This document shows, piece after piece, positions 27,674-41,548 of a stretch of 64,000 nucleotides of DNA. Source of the stretch: Octopus vulgaris (lineage: Eukaryota). A program made the translations under genes and the position numbers. Under the pieces are notes generated by a model. That model worked only from the letters and a program-made list of their open reading frames with translations, searched no databases and was not told the origin of the DNA. Location of the stretch: assembly GCA_951406725.2 (NCBI GenBank), contig OX597817.1, positions 84,568,001-84,632,000 on the forward strand, in the 5' to 3' direction. Position 1 is the stretch's first letter; every line of letters begins with the position of its first letter.

Positions 27674-30599
27674 GTTAGCTGCTCTTCAGATATAAACATC
27701 TCTTCCATAATCAACAATAAGGTGAATATCTATCAGCAACCGCTTCGAAACATATGGCACCTCTGCCCTGATTATAAGCTTACATTTATACCAATAACAC
27801 TGGGGAACATTTTTGAAAAAATATTTAATTGTTTTGCTTTTTTACAATTAATCCTACCTAATTTGGTGTGGTGACGTTTGGAAATGCCTTCAGAAATACT
27901 TTTTGTTAAACAAGAATTCATTTTTTACCAAAAAATGTCAATTTTGCCATTAAATGCAATACTGAAGTAAGAAACTAACACAAATCAGACAGTACTTTTT
28001 ATTGTTTAACAAAATTACACAAAATGTTTAATTTCACATATTAGGATAGATATTTCTGACAAACTAGAATTACAGTTACTTCAAGGAGTTAACTTTCTCT
28101 TTGGCGCCTTGCGTGAATAACTTGCATCGCGACTGTTTCTTTGCAGACACCACCAGTAGTCAGTCATCATGCTTGTGTTCCACCTGGCTTAATACCTAGT
28201 CTCCATGGTCTTGATACCTTGGCAGAGTCATTCTCTTTGATCATCACTCATTACACTATGATTTTCAAGTCTTTATCAAAATAAACGACACTGCTGAAAC
28301 CTTTATATAGATGTGCTCGAATGCCTTAAAATGCTTTTGTACCCTTAACCAACCATAGTGCATTAAAAATGATCACAGGTTTGACTATGAAAAACCTAAT
28401 ATTTCTGCTTTCTCAGTTATAACCTGCTTATAGATTCCAATGCATTCACATTCGTCGTATTCAGGTTCAATGATATATCAGAAATATCTACAATAAAATT
28501 CTTCTTATTATTTTTTTTAGTTTCCACACGGTCATGAAGCAATTTTTGTACATATGCATTTGTACATACTAACACAGTGTATATGCTTATATATGATTTT
28601 ATTATTTTTTATTTATTAAAATTCTTCGTAGAAGGAATGAATTGATTTCTAACAAAGGAATAGAATTCGCTAGAATATGGATAAATACAAAGATAAGAGT
28701 TACTTGCTGAATTTTAGGTATGTTTTGCATATTTTTCCTGTTCCACTTAAAGATTCTGTTTGTAAAATGAGTGTTAGTCAGTCTCTTTCTTTGCTTGGAA
28801 ATCCTAGCTTTTCAAGATTGCCATTAAGACCCGGTATTGTCAACATTTTAAAGGATAAATTTGGCTTCATCAAATATAGACCTATGTATGGACCTTGACA
28901 TAACTTTGAAAACATAATTCTTCAATGTAATTTAAAGTAAATGCAACTTCAGAAGTGAAAAAAAAAATTATATTATAATTTGGTATTATGTAGTGACATC
29001 CATTTCGAGATTAGTATGTATTTTCTCGTTCAAGATTTCTTCGAGTGTGAAAACCCAGTGTACGCTTTATATTATTTTTTTTTATTTCATGGCTTAATTT
29101 CGATACCGTCCTCAAACAATTAGATTTTATTGATTGCTATTACTTTATCACGTTTTCAGAATGATTAAAGAGCTCATCTGAAATATATTCTTACGTTTCT
29201 GCTTCTGTTCTACGATGAAATTTATGTCTCCAGTTCGACGCAATTCGATTGTTTTCATCTCCGATCATCAGGTATCTTCTTCCAGAAAGATGCATCAGTG
29301 ACCAGTAAGTGAGAGTGATATTACATTTTGTTTATAAATATGGTTTCTTAGTTTGAGCCCAATCCAAAACCAAGATCAACCTGATCGAATGGAATTGTAG
29401 ATGGGAATGTTGAAGCAATTTCTCCTCACCAAATTTCAAGTCATTTCTCCGAAAATTGCAATCTTAATAATTAAAAATGCATCATAAAAAGTTTTATATA
29501 CTTTCGAGAGAACGTGAAATAATTCCTTTTTTTTTTTAATAGTATATCTCGAAGCACACATATAGAGCTACAACTAATAGCATGTAAATATTGTGTTGAA
29601 GAACACTTTTGGATAGAAAAAGTCGATGGCAGCTTTCAATTTTTTCTACCGAATAGCGTTTTCAAAACAATATTTAGATGCTATTAATTATAGATTTATA
29701 TGTGCACTGCGAGATATACTATTCCAAAAAGGAATTAATTAAAAGTACGTCACCGAATTGGTTACTCGTGTTCAATATGGATTTATAAATTATGCGCTCA
29801 TCTCTTTCTCATTTGTAATCAGGGCCTTTTTGCGTACCTCCTTCCTACCGAGACAAATTTTCTGCCTGAATTCCTTTCCAACTTCTTCAGGATTACCAAA
29901 TAAAAATGATTGGAACTCCAGTTAAAACCTTATCTTTATATTACCATAAGCCAAGTATTTATAAAGATACAGTAACACAAGGCCACCTATTAGAAAACGG
30001 GTGGCCATTATTCTCTTTGGATTCTAGTGATTATATTCATTTATAGAAATAGCGTTGCATCGACACATTAAAAGGAATTTCGTAATTTCTTAGCAATCTT
30101 CTGTGGTTTAAGCGTATTCTTTACTTGGAGGTGTAACATTATACAGGCCAAAGTACAATGGTGTAATAGATATGGTAATAATGTCCAGCTAAAAGTTACG
30201 TTATTTATTCTTGTTCTCTGTTCAATAATAAACTGAATTCAGTTTGGTTTACTATATTTATTCACTACGAAATTACGGTTTCTTGTCAGTGTTACGAATC
30301 AATAATCAACAGCTCAGAATTTGAACCCTCATCACCCACTCTGCTTTTAAGCATTAGAACAAACCAACGAGGGAGATTCTACAGGATTGCTTGACATGCA
30401 AGAAAAACCAACCAAATCTCTTTGGAACCACATCCTGCAGGTTAAAAAGGAGAAGCACACCGGATAAATGTAGTCCAACTGCATGTTTGAAAAATACGGA
30501 GTGGTCATAATTGGAATATCTTTGTCGTAGATTTACTTCATTTTGTTTGAACTGGGGTTGCATAGAGATGACGTACACGTGCATATATATATCTATATC

Positions 30600-30721
<122 letters not shown>

Positions 30722-30734
30722 TACATATGTGTGT

Positions 30735-31420
<686 letters not shown>

Positions 31421-31528
31421 GTTTCTCAAAGAGGAGGCCTATGGGACGGTCGGACAAGTTGTTTTGAGAAAATTTGGTTTAATGTTTGACAACTCAACAC
31501 CGTCCATTGGACGGAGGGCGTTTTGCTC

Positions 31529-31575
<47 letters not shown>

Positions 31576-31599
31576 CATATATATGGGTGGGTGTATAAA

Positions 31600-31927
31600 G
31601 GTTTAAAGACCCCTTTCGGTCATGAATGACCATGGGATTGCCCCTACAAAGTTATCCTCCGAGGCACAACCGGGAAAGTTTGTTTTTGTGCAAGGCCAGC
31701 AGTCACTCATGCATACCACGCCACTGATGTTAGCCAAAGGAAAGGCAAAGACCGATACAGCTTGGCACCAGTGACGTCGCAACTCGTTCTTACAACTGAG
31801 TGAATTGGAGCAATGTGTAATAAAGTGCCTTGCTCAAGAACACAACACACAGCCCGGTCCGGGAATCGAACTCACTACCACGTGATTGAGAGCCCGACAT
31901 TCTAACCACTGAGTCATGCGCCTTCAC
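31600..31927 (-). mobile_element. tRNA-derived SINE (family C)
   Basis: Minus strand has A box TGACTCAGTGG, B box AGTTCGATTCC and TTGAGCAAGGCACTT body. Confidence 0.8.
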
Positions 31928-32305
31928 ACACACACACAAACACACGCACATACACACATAGGTGTGTATGCATGTATGTATCTATGTATCCATCCATCTA
32001 TGCACGCGCACATTATACAATACAATTGAATAGTCATGCATTAGACCATATTCCTGAACACTTCGAATTCGTCTTATTGTATAACGTTGCGTCTGCGCAT
32101 ATATATTGTATATGTTCCTAGGCATTAGAGTTAATGATGTAACCCTGAGTAAATTCTGAAACAGCTGTAACGGAAACTATTCTGCGTATCACATTTCCTG
32201 TGGATTTCTTGTTTTTACAGACGCGCGCGCACGCAGATAGACAGACAGAGATAAATATACGTACGTACGTACGTACATACATGCATATATATAAATATGA
32301 AAGTA

Positions 32306-32338
<33 letters not shown>

Positions 32339-32769
32339 ATACACACACACGCACGCACACACAAACAAACACACACACGCAAATATTGTATATTACGGTA
32401 TGGAAGCCGCATGGGATCAACGGGCTGGTAGTAGTAGTAATCAGCTGTTATTAGCTGGTCAACGTTGGCGAGTGTGTAAACGATCACCATGATGCGTCGC
32501 ATTAACAATCGCAGAGGACATAAAGCAAAGATTATATTTTTGTGTACTACAATAATACTCGGTAGCACCCTACCATGTAGGAGGCCATTGTCCGGTGATT
32601 TCATTCAACGACGGTAGGAGCACCAGTTTTATATAACAGATACTTAGCGCATGCCCGCTAGAGAGTGCCTAATTATTTTGATGGAGTTTTCTTAGCTATA
32701 AAAGCGTTTTTCCAAGAATTGTATTTCCCAAATTTGAGTGCATTTTTCACGATGAATCGTCTACCAAAC

Positions 32770-33320
32770 CGCAAAATACAGAATTTTTAAATAAACATTT
32801 CCCAGCAAACCACAAATACAGGAAGATTTTGTATAGACACTTGTACAACCACAGGTCTTCCTTCAGGATTCCGGAAAGACGATTCGTCACATCCCTGGCC
32901 AGCGACGTGTGATGCCTCAAAGATGAAGGGGCCCCCATACAATATCAAGTAGAGAATCTTAGAGCGGCCGGGACCCTACACAAACGGGAGCGAAAGCTGC
33001 AAGCTTTGTATAGCTGAGTGAGTAAGGATATTCAAAGACTCCCTGAAACCTGAATCACTGAACACTCGCCAGGAAATTTACATTCTTTGCATCCATTTCA
33101 AACGCTACCTGCTGCAAGCATGGGATTCCTCGTTCTCCGATCAGACCCGGGAGGGTCCTCACGATCCAAGAGCAGCCCAAGAGATAAATCCCTTGTTCCC
33201 CCGCTTTTGGACCACGAAAATCCTGGTCTAAGAGAAATAACCCGTCCTCACAGATCCCGGGCTATTCTTTGGTGACTAACTGACCAAATGACCGTAACGG
33301 AGACCTACCTCCCAGAGGTG
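32770..33320 (+). mobile_element. Penelope-like element fragment (GIY-YIG C-terminal part)
   Basis: FLNKHFPANHKYRKIL..YNHRSSFR..TSLAS.V*CLKD..PYTNGSESCKLCIAE..LNTRQE..CIH. Confidence 0.8.
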
Positions 33321-33527
33321 AAGAGTTACATTTGTATTTGGTTTTAGAATTTTACGATAAGTTCACAGGGCTAAGGCCTTTGTAGATCCAAAACCATTGG
33401 TCACCTTATGACCGGACATAGATTTAACTCCATATAGATATATTACTACTCTATGCTTTTGAGTGTGCGTCTTTTTCGGATATATGATATACTGACGATA
33501 TATATATATACTGTATGATGCGTTTAC

Positions 33528-33672
33528 TTCAGTTTCCCTCCACCAAATCCAATCGCAAGACTTTGGCCGTCCCGATGCTAGGACAAGAAGACACTTGCCA
33601 TAGGTATCACGCAGAAAGATTGAACCCGGGACCATGTGGTTAGAAAATTAACCGCTTACCACACAGCCACGT
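33528..33672 (-). mobile_element. tRNA-derived SINE (family D), 5' part
   Basis: Minus strand GTGGCTGTGTGGTAAG..GGTTCAATC..GGCAAGTGTCTTCT. Related pieces at ~37520-37780, 44305-44420, 50345-50725, 52330-52440 and 52700-52985. Confidence 0.7.
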
Positions 33673-33999
33673 GTAAAAGTTCGCCCGCTCTATTATTCTA
33701 TATTAATATATTTTTATATTATGAAATATTAAAAATAGTATGTCGGCTTATGATCAATTATCAGTGCTACAACACTGTATATTATATATGATATTATAAG
33801 AACTTTTCGAAACAGTTTAGGCACCTAAATGAAAATGTGTGTTATATACATTAACTTAAATTCAGTAAAGTGGACTACATACAGTAACTGATTATTATTT
33901 CATTAGTCTATCACACTAGACATAGCTCAACTTTGTAAATGTTGGAAGCGTCACAAATAGTGAATGGTTGTTAAGTAAAGCTGCTGCTACTGCTACTGT

Positions 34000-34215
<216 letters not shown>

Positions 34216-36535
34216 GTTCTGGGTCAATTCTAATCTAAAAGACAAAAGCATTTCAGTCATGACCATCCCGACTTTATGCAGATTTATTCTTCTTTTATAA
34301 GACGGTACGGTGTGGTATGAGGGACAGTTGGCTAATGCTTTAGCTGGCCAAACGACAATGAAGCGGATGGCTCGTTTCTTAATGTCGCTATTGTAATTTT
34401 TTTATTATTTCGACCCACATCAATCCTGACTTATGATTAAATGCATTCCAGCCGTTGCCAACCAATGTTTTAAGATACATTACTATATGTCATTGTCTTA
34501 CATTAGTCGATATCAGACCCAACGAGGGGTATCCAAGATAGGGTTATTATTAGTTGAAAACTATTGAAAACATAGAGGATTTGTGGGAGATTTGATTGCT
34601 ACTTCTAGCAGATCATGGTTATAGCTTGTTGAAAGCTATTGAAGATAATAAGATATGATTGCTGCTGCCATTGCTACTATTGCTGTTGATGCTGTTGCTG
34701 TTGTTGTTGTGATTGTTGTTACTGTTACTACTGCTGGAAGTGGTGGTTGGCATAATGGTGGTGTACAAGACGTGCCAAAGTAGACGTCTTCACAGCGACG
34801 CTTCTCTGAATTCTACAAATTCTGTCCAATGAATCAATAGTTGTGTTATGCTGTAAATTTAGTTCATGCCTACCTGACTAGACAGAGTCACGATAACTAG
34901 AAAACAAACAATACTAACCAGGTGTGAAACTCTCTACAGTATTAAAATAAGTAATATGACGATTTCTGAGCCATGCTTGTATTGTTTCACATAGAAATAA
35001 ATTAATTAATTTGTTCTAGTCTTTAAGCAATTAGCTTAATTAATTAAGTGGTTAATTGACAAGAAAACTGCCGTTGTCAAACAAGAATACGATGTTATCA
35101 GGTAAATTAGGAACTGGATACTTAACCATTCTTTCTGTGGTTCAGTTACACATAACTAGAAGAATAGATAAGATCGTCAGCAATGCATTGTTTTGGGCAA
35201 AAATGGTTAATTGCTGCTATTTAAATCCTTGAAATAAAGGGTAGAATGAGAAAGTAAACTATTGTTGTTGTTTTTGCTTCTACTCTTGTTGTTATTTGGT
35301 TTTGTTGTCGTTTAGGCCCCGGTCCGTCCTAAACGCGTAAATTTGAAGTTAAAACGACGTTGTACCCATGCCCATCACGTCTATTTTTCTTCGACCATAC
35401 GATAGCTAGAACATGGGTCAGCAATTAGTTGATGCAGTCTACAAGAAAGTCATTGAGGTGTTTTAGTGTGCATCCAACCAATCTTTTAAATTTATATTTT
35501 TAAATTGAATGTATCTGTGGACCAGTTGAGCAGCTGTTGAATGTTATATTAGGTGCGATAGGAAAACTTCATATTTCAACGACCATTGGTGTGCTGCGAG
35601 TGAACCTAGGCAGGTGGTAAGGGTGTCTTCTTGTATATAATGTATGTAGTTTCTTTGAGTGGAGTTGGGGTTACTGCACCATCTATAGACCTCTGTGTCA
35701 CAAATTGTTTAATTCTTGTGCACAATAAACACTGACATTGATAGTAATGGCGGAATGCGCGAGAATAATTGTATATTTGTATGAGTACAATATAAAATAC
35801 ACGGGGAAAGAATGAAAAGTGAACCATTATAAAATGATGTTATTCATTTAGAACTACATTTTTCAAACTACTTTTCTTCTTTAAAGACAATAGGGCAATT
35901 GTTCCCAAGCAGTGTTTCGCACGTTGGTGAGTGGAAAGCAGTGATGGCTTAAAGCTGCAATGGGTGTTGTAGCATCGAAGCCCAAGAAGGGGACACAGTT
36001 TAACATGAGTAGAAGGAGAGGCCTACTTCATCGGGACAGCATACTGGCATTGGAACATCTAAAGATAATTCTGGATGCAATTCTAGGTACACCGCGATTT
36101 TTAAAAAAATATTATTTAAGGCTTTTGAAAAACCATATCGGTGACACTGCCAGGTCAAAGATACCTGAAAATTATCCATTGGCCCTGGCCGAAAGTCCAC
36201 CGGAATAAACCAGCTAGTTGATTCCCGTCGACGTCCAGAGTTTACCCAAGAACTTACCTTCTACTAAGTACCAGTTGAGCGCTGGGGTCGATGTAATCGA
36301 TTTAAGACCTCCTGGTCTTGTGCCAAAATTTGAAACCAGTATATACAAAAAGTGAATACAACTATGTGTGTGTGTGCGTGCATGTATGTATGTGTGTGTA
36401 TGTGTGTGTGTACGTGTGTTTGTGTGCGCGTGTGTGTGTTATGGGGACGGGGTGGAATGGCAACAAAGAAACTTCAACGATGTACGTATTTCTGTTCTCA
36501 GATAAACTTGCTTCCCAAACAAGTACAACACCTTT

Positions 36536-36955
36536 TATTTCTTTTTTTTTATTTCTTTATTGCCCACAAGGAGCCAAGCATAAAGGGGACAAACAAGGAC
36601 AAAGGGATTAAGTCCATTACATCGACCCCAGTGTGTGACTGGTACTTATTTAATCGACCCCGAAAGGATGAAAGGCAAAGTCGACCTCGGCGGAATTTGA
36701 ACTCAGAACGTAACGGCAGACGAAATACCTACTTCTTTACTACCCACGGAGGGGGGGGGCTAAACACAGAGGGGACAAACGGGTTAAGTCCATTACATCG
36801 ACCCCAGTGCATAACTGGTACTTATTTAATCGACCCCGAAAGGATAAAAGGCAAAGTCAACCTCGGCGGAATTTGAACTCAGAACGTAACGGCAGACGAA
36901 ATACCGCTAAGCATTTCGCCCGGCGTGCTAACGATTCTGCCAACTCGCCGCCTTC
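36536..36955 (-). mobile_element. SINE family B, two partial copies in tandem
   Basis: The core occurs at ~36605-36730 and ~36783-36955 with CpGs intact. Confidence 0.85.
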
Positions 36956-37934
36956 TATTCTTACTCCATGTCTTCACTTATTTTTGAAACTATATTGTAT
37001 TTGTTTAATTTAATTAATCAATTCTTCCGTGTTTGTTTCCCTTTTGTTTTAGTTTTTTGTTCCATTGCACGTAGTAGAAAAGTAAATGAAAATAAAATCT
37101 GTACATTGCGTTATATATATATATAACTTTATATATTATATCTACTTTATTAATAGTAATAGTACGACAACAGAAGAATGAATGAGACCTCGACATTATA
37201 TAAATAGAGGAATTTATCTGTAAAATATGTGACAATTATTAGATTGCTATAATAAAACTCCGAGTTTCGGATGTCGGGGCAAAACAAAAATGCTATGAAA
37301 ATGACCGTTAAACAAAGGGAAATTACTATGAAGTTTACCGTTATTAAGACAAACAAAAGAGGTATTAGAATGACCGTTAAATAAAGGGAAAAAACCGGAA
37401 AGGGGAGAAAATAAAAACTGCTCATAGGATTCGCGTATGCGCGCATGTACATACATACACATGCGTGCACGTGCACCCACATACATGTGCATATATACAT
37501 ATGCTCACTCACACACGCGAGCCGACCAAAGCCTTGTGAGTGGATTTGATAGACGGAAATTGAAAGAAGCGCGCGCGCGCGTATGTGTTTGTGTCTGTGA
37601 TTGTCTCTCACCACCGGTTGACAACCGGTGTTGGTGTGTTTACTTATTGTTTTCGGCAGAAGAGACTGATAGAATAAGTACTAGGCTTTAAAAAAAAATC
37701 CTGGGGGTCGATTTATTCTACTAAAACTCTTCAAAGTGGTACCTCAGCATGACCACAATCAAATAACTGAAACAAATAAAAGATATCTTTGGAACAGTAG
37801 ATCTTGAACTACATAAAGCTATAAATAATAATATATAATAATATATAAATATCGGATTAGAAAAAGTCGAAGGACGCGAACTCACATTTCCAAAAGGGTT
37901 TTTCATCTCAATATTTACGTGCTATCAAAGTATT

Positions 37935-38300
37935 GAGTTGGCAGAACCGTTAGCACACCTGGTAAAATGCTTAGCAGCATTTCGTCCGTCTTTACGTTCT
38001 GCGTTCAAATTCCACCGAGGTGGCCGACTTCGCCTTTCATCCTTCCGGGGTTACTAAAATCAGTACCAGTTGAGCACTGAAGTCGATCTACCCCTCCCCC
38101 AAAATTGCTGGCTTTGGGCCAAAATTTGAAACCAATACTTACGTACTATCAAAGCCATGGGAACACAGAACCGTTGGCACGGCGAGCATTTCGCCCGTCT
38201 TTACATTCTGCCTTCAAATTCGACCGTGGTCAACTTCGCTTTCCATCCTTTCTGACCCCTCTTCCGAAATTGCTGGCCTTATGCCAAAATTTGAAACTAA
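37935..38300 (+). mobile_element. SINE family B, two decayed copies
   Basis: Core similarity at 37935-38135 and 38167-38300. Confidence 0.7.
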
Positions 38301-38689
38301 TATTTACATTTTATTATAGTTTTAAGTATTTCGAGATCCACTGTTCTAAAAAAAGGTGTGGTGTGCGTGTGTTTGTGTGTGTGTGTAGGACATGACATGA
38401 TATTTATGTGTATGGATTGCATGCTACAGTGACTATGGAGTGAATATAATACCTTCATAATAATAAGGTAAATGAACTAGATCATTACTTAACCTAGCAA
38501 TATATGACAGATTGTAACAAAACTATATAAGATATAAAGAATGTACTTTGATGTCGATGCATTTTTAAATACTAGTTTCAGTTAATTTGTTTTAAAATAG
38601 CATCATTTTTTTGACACGGGTATACTAATGTATGTGAGTGTGCGTATGGAGGGGGTGTAATCAACAAAAATAATTTTTTATTTATAAAT

Positions 38690-38901
38690 CCAAACTTCTT
38701 CCAGAAAGCCGATCTTAAAAACCAAAAAGATCGCGGGTTCCCCTCTCATCATCTATATCGCTGTTTTGACCGCTTGTTCTTAACAAACAGCAGTTATTCG
38801 GTAAGTTTCTATAGAGACGCTTCGTAACAGTGAAGTAACTGGTAAATATTTTAAATGCAAAAGATGTTATATCAAGGGAGATAACTACAGTTCGCTTTCA
38901 G
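38690..38901 (+). promoter_or_regulatory. Putative promoter, non-coding exon 1 and 101-nt intron of the PIGBOS1-like gene
   Basis: CpG-retaining, repeat-free stretch. Consensus donor CG|GTAAGT at 38801 and acceptor TTCGCTTTCAG| ending at 38901. The TSS cannot be placed. Confidence 0.6.
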
Positions 38902-38912
38902 ATTCGTCAATT

Positions 38913-39086
38913 ATGCGAATTCTTCCTCGTCGTCGACTGAGCTGGGACCAAATAATTGTTGCAACCGTAATCGGCGTGCTTGGTGGAATATATATTTGGA
39001 AACCAAATTTTGAAAAATACAATGAAGAAGTATTGAAGAAGCAGGCGTGCACTAATACTGAGGAATCAAAATCAGAATCGGAGTAG
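38913..39086 (+). CDS. PIGBOS1: PIGBOS1-like single-pass (mitochondrial outer membrane) microprotein, 57 aa
   Basis: Manual translation gives MRILPRRRLSWDQIIVATVIGVLGGIYIWKPNFEKYNEEVLKKQACTNTEESKSESE*. The RRL-x3-Q-x3-AT-V-x-G-x2-GG-x-YI-[FW]-x-P-x-FE-x-Y pattern and acidic tail match human PIGBOS1 as I recall it ([32 protein letters not shown]...). A splice acceptor (ttcgctttcag) ends 12 nt before the ATG. Confidence 0.82.
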   Translation: MRILPRRRLSWDQIIVATVIGVLGGIYIWKPNFEKYNEEVLKKQACTNTEESKSESE

Positions 39087-39599
39087 AAGCAGCTACACGG
39101 ATTAAACTTAACCCCACCTCAAGGTTATTCCAGAACTTATTGATATTTTAGTCTTGAATGCCTCACGTTTTTAAATTTTAGTATTCAAGTCTCACCAATG
39201 GCTCCGCCGAAGTTAAAGATTTTTGGTTATACGTCAATAGTTGTTGTATCTGCTGGCTTTTTTTACGTCATGTATGATGTATATTCCAAGGCTAAACACC
39301 GTACTATCGAGAAAGAAGCTCGTTTGCTCTACCAAAAACGTTCTAAGAGTCAGTATGACCTCTGAGAAAACTTTATTTGTCTATGTCATGAACTCTTTGA
39401 TAGTCACTGTTCTTTTGTTTTCTTCTTTTTACGATTATATAAGTTACTAACAGTGGAAATATTTTATATAAAAAGAAATGCCATTTGATATTTTATGTTT
39501 TTACTTTTATTTTCATTAAATTATTATAGTTATTAAGTATATCAAGATCTCAAGAATTTGAAGGTAACGGAGATGTATCAATGATTTTTTTCCTTTCAG

Positions 39600-39651
39600 A
39601 TATCTACATACCGGTGTAAAGATTTCAAGTTACATTTCAGATTACCGACCG
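39600..39651 (+). other. Candidate 52-nt non-coding exon downstream of the microprotein ORF
   Basis: Strong acceptor TTTTTTTCCTTTCAG| ending at 39599 and donor CG|GTATGA at 39652. Confidence 0.35.
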
Positions 39652-40354
39652 GTATGAAACCAGGGGAGGCAACACTGTATTGATTTATTTACTGTTGTCA
39701 TAAAACAGACGTTATTTCCCCTGAACGTTTTTTTTATCGTTATTATTTGATTTGCAAGATTCTGAATGTGAACTCGTGTATTGAAACAAATTTTGTATTT
39801 TCAGGGAGAGCGGTCATTTTACCTATAATAAACACACGCGCTGGTTCTTTTTTGATTTTTTATTATTCATCAATTGATTTACTTTTTAAAATCATTCAGT
39901 TATGTTTGTCGAAGTCCTTTTCTCTCCAATTATGCGACCTCTTCAATGACATGCTCTCTCTCTCTACTGTAGGTCATCTTCGGCTCTGAGATTGTTTTGA
40001 CTAGCCAAATAATTAATCGAGCATTCATAGTTAAATAGTAAACCAATTGTCGAATGATAAAGAACTGAAATAAAACTAGTGTTTATTATTGGCCTAACGA
40101 GCTACCGAGGTACCACTTAAATTGTTGGAAACTATTAAGCATGTTTTGTTGTTTAACCGTAGGACAGCCCTAACTGATCTATGACGTTGCAGTAATGGCC
40201 ATCCCATCTTTTTCTCATCATCATCGTTTAACGTCCGTTTTCCGTGCTAGCACGGGTTGGACAACTAGCACTGGGCTACATCATTCTTATTGCCACTTTT
40301 TATTGCATGTTGTTATTTTCATTGGTCCTTTTGATTTGACTATATATTATAACA

Positions 40355-40560
40355 CTTGTTTCAAATGTTGGTCCATGGCCAGCAATTTTAGGAGGAGGGA
40401 AGTTGTTCGATTACATTGACTCTTAGTATTTGAATGGTACTTTATTTTATTGACCCCAAAAGGATGAAAGGTAGAGTTGAGTTTGGAGAAATTTGAATTC
40501 AAAATGTAAAGATACTCAAATACCACCAGGCATTAACGATTTTGCCAATTCACCACCTTG
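40355..40560 (-). mobile_element. SINE family B, CpG-decayed
   Basis: ATTGACCCCAAAAGGATGAAAGG core with CG->TG/CA changes. Confidence 0.7.
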
Positions 40561-40719
40561 AAATTGGAAGAAGTAATGAAGATATTATACAGGATGTGCC
40601 TAAAGTCTGGACACATAGGCAAAATGTATATTTTCAAGAAATAAATGCAAAATCTTCAACATTTTATTCAATTGGAATATTAACAAATAATATCTTCAAT
40701 ATGATTTCCTTCATTTTGC

Positions 40720-41548
40720 GCTGGTAGACGACTCCGCTGGTATAGTCATGTGTTGCGAATGGATGAGGACAGCTGTGTGAAAAAGGGTCACACCCTAGCA
40801 GTTGAGAGAACCTGTGGAAGAGGTAGACCCAGGAAGACCTGGGATAAGGTGATGAAGTACACCCTTCGAACATTGTGCCTCACCAAGGCAAGAGTTAGTG
40901 ACTGAAACCTTTGGAGATATATTGTGCTTCAGAAGACCCGACAAGCCAAGTGAGACCATAACTCATGGCCTATCCCAGTGGTGTACAATCAGCCCACTTA
41001 TGAGTACCCTTCATTCATTGGACAATAAACTTTGCTTGCAAAGACCTGTTGAGGAAAGTGAAATCAAAATCGCTGATTGGCCGATGACAGTACCGCCTGA
41101 TAGGCACTCATCCGCCAGTGGAATCTTAAAAGCACCATCTGAGCATGATCATTGCCAGGGCCGCTGACTGGCTCCCATGCCAGTAGCACATAAAAAGCAC
41201 CATTCGAGCGTGATTGTTGCCAGCATCGCCTTACTGGCACATGAAAAACAACATTCAAACGTGGTTGTTGCCATTGCCGCCGGACGGGCTTCCATGCAGG
41301 TGGCATGTAAAAAAACACCTTTTGAGCATGGTCGTTGCCAGTACCACCTGACTGGCCTTCATGCCGGTGGCACGTAAAAAGCACCCACTACACTCTCAGA
41401 GTGGTTGGTGTTAGGAAGGGCATTCAGCTGTAGAAACTTTGCCAGATCAGATTGGAGCCTGATGCAGACTTCTGGCTCGCCAGTCCTCAGTCATGCCGTC
41501 CAACCCATGCCAGCATGGAAAGCAGATGTTAAACAATAATGATGATGT
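40720..41548 (+). mobile_element. RTE LINE 3' end and 3' UTR, apparently interrupting a Tc1/mariner remnant
   Basis: WYSHVLRMDEDSCVKK..GRGRPRKTW and a (GAT)n tail. Flanks carry a TA|CAGGATGTGCC end (~40588) and a mariner-like C-terminus (41550-41680, minus). Confidence 0.8.

Noticed and set aside
29245-29280. CTGATGA...GAAA on the minus strand
   Set aside because: No stem I or stem III pairing, so likely a chance match
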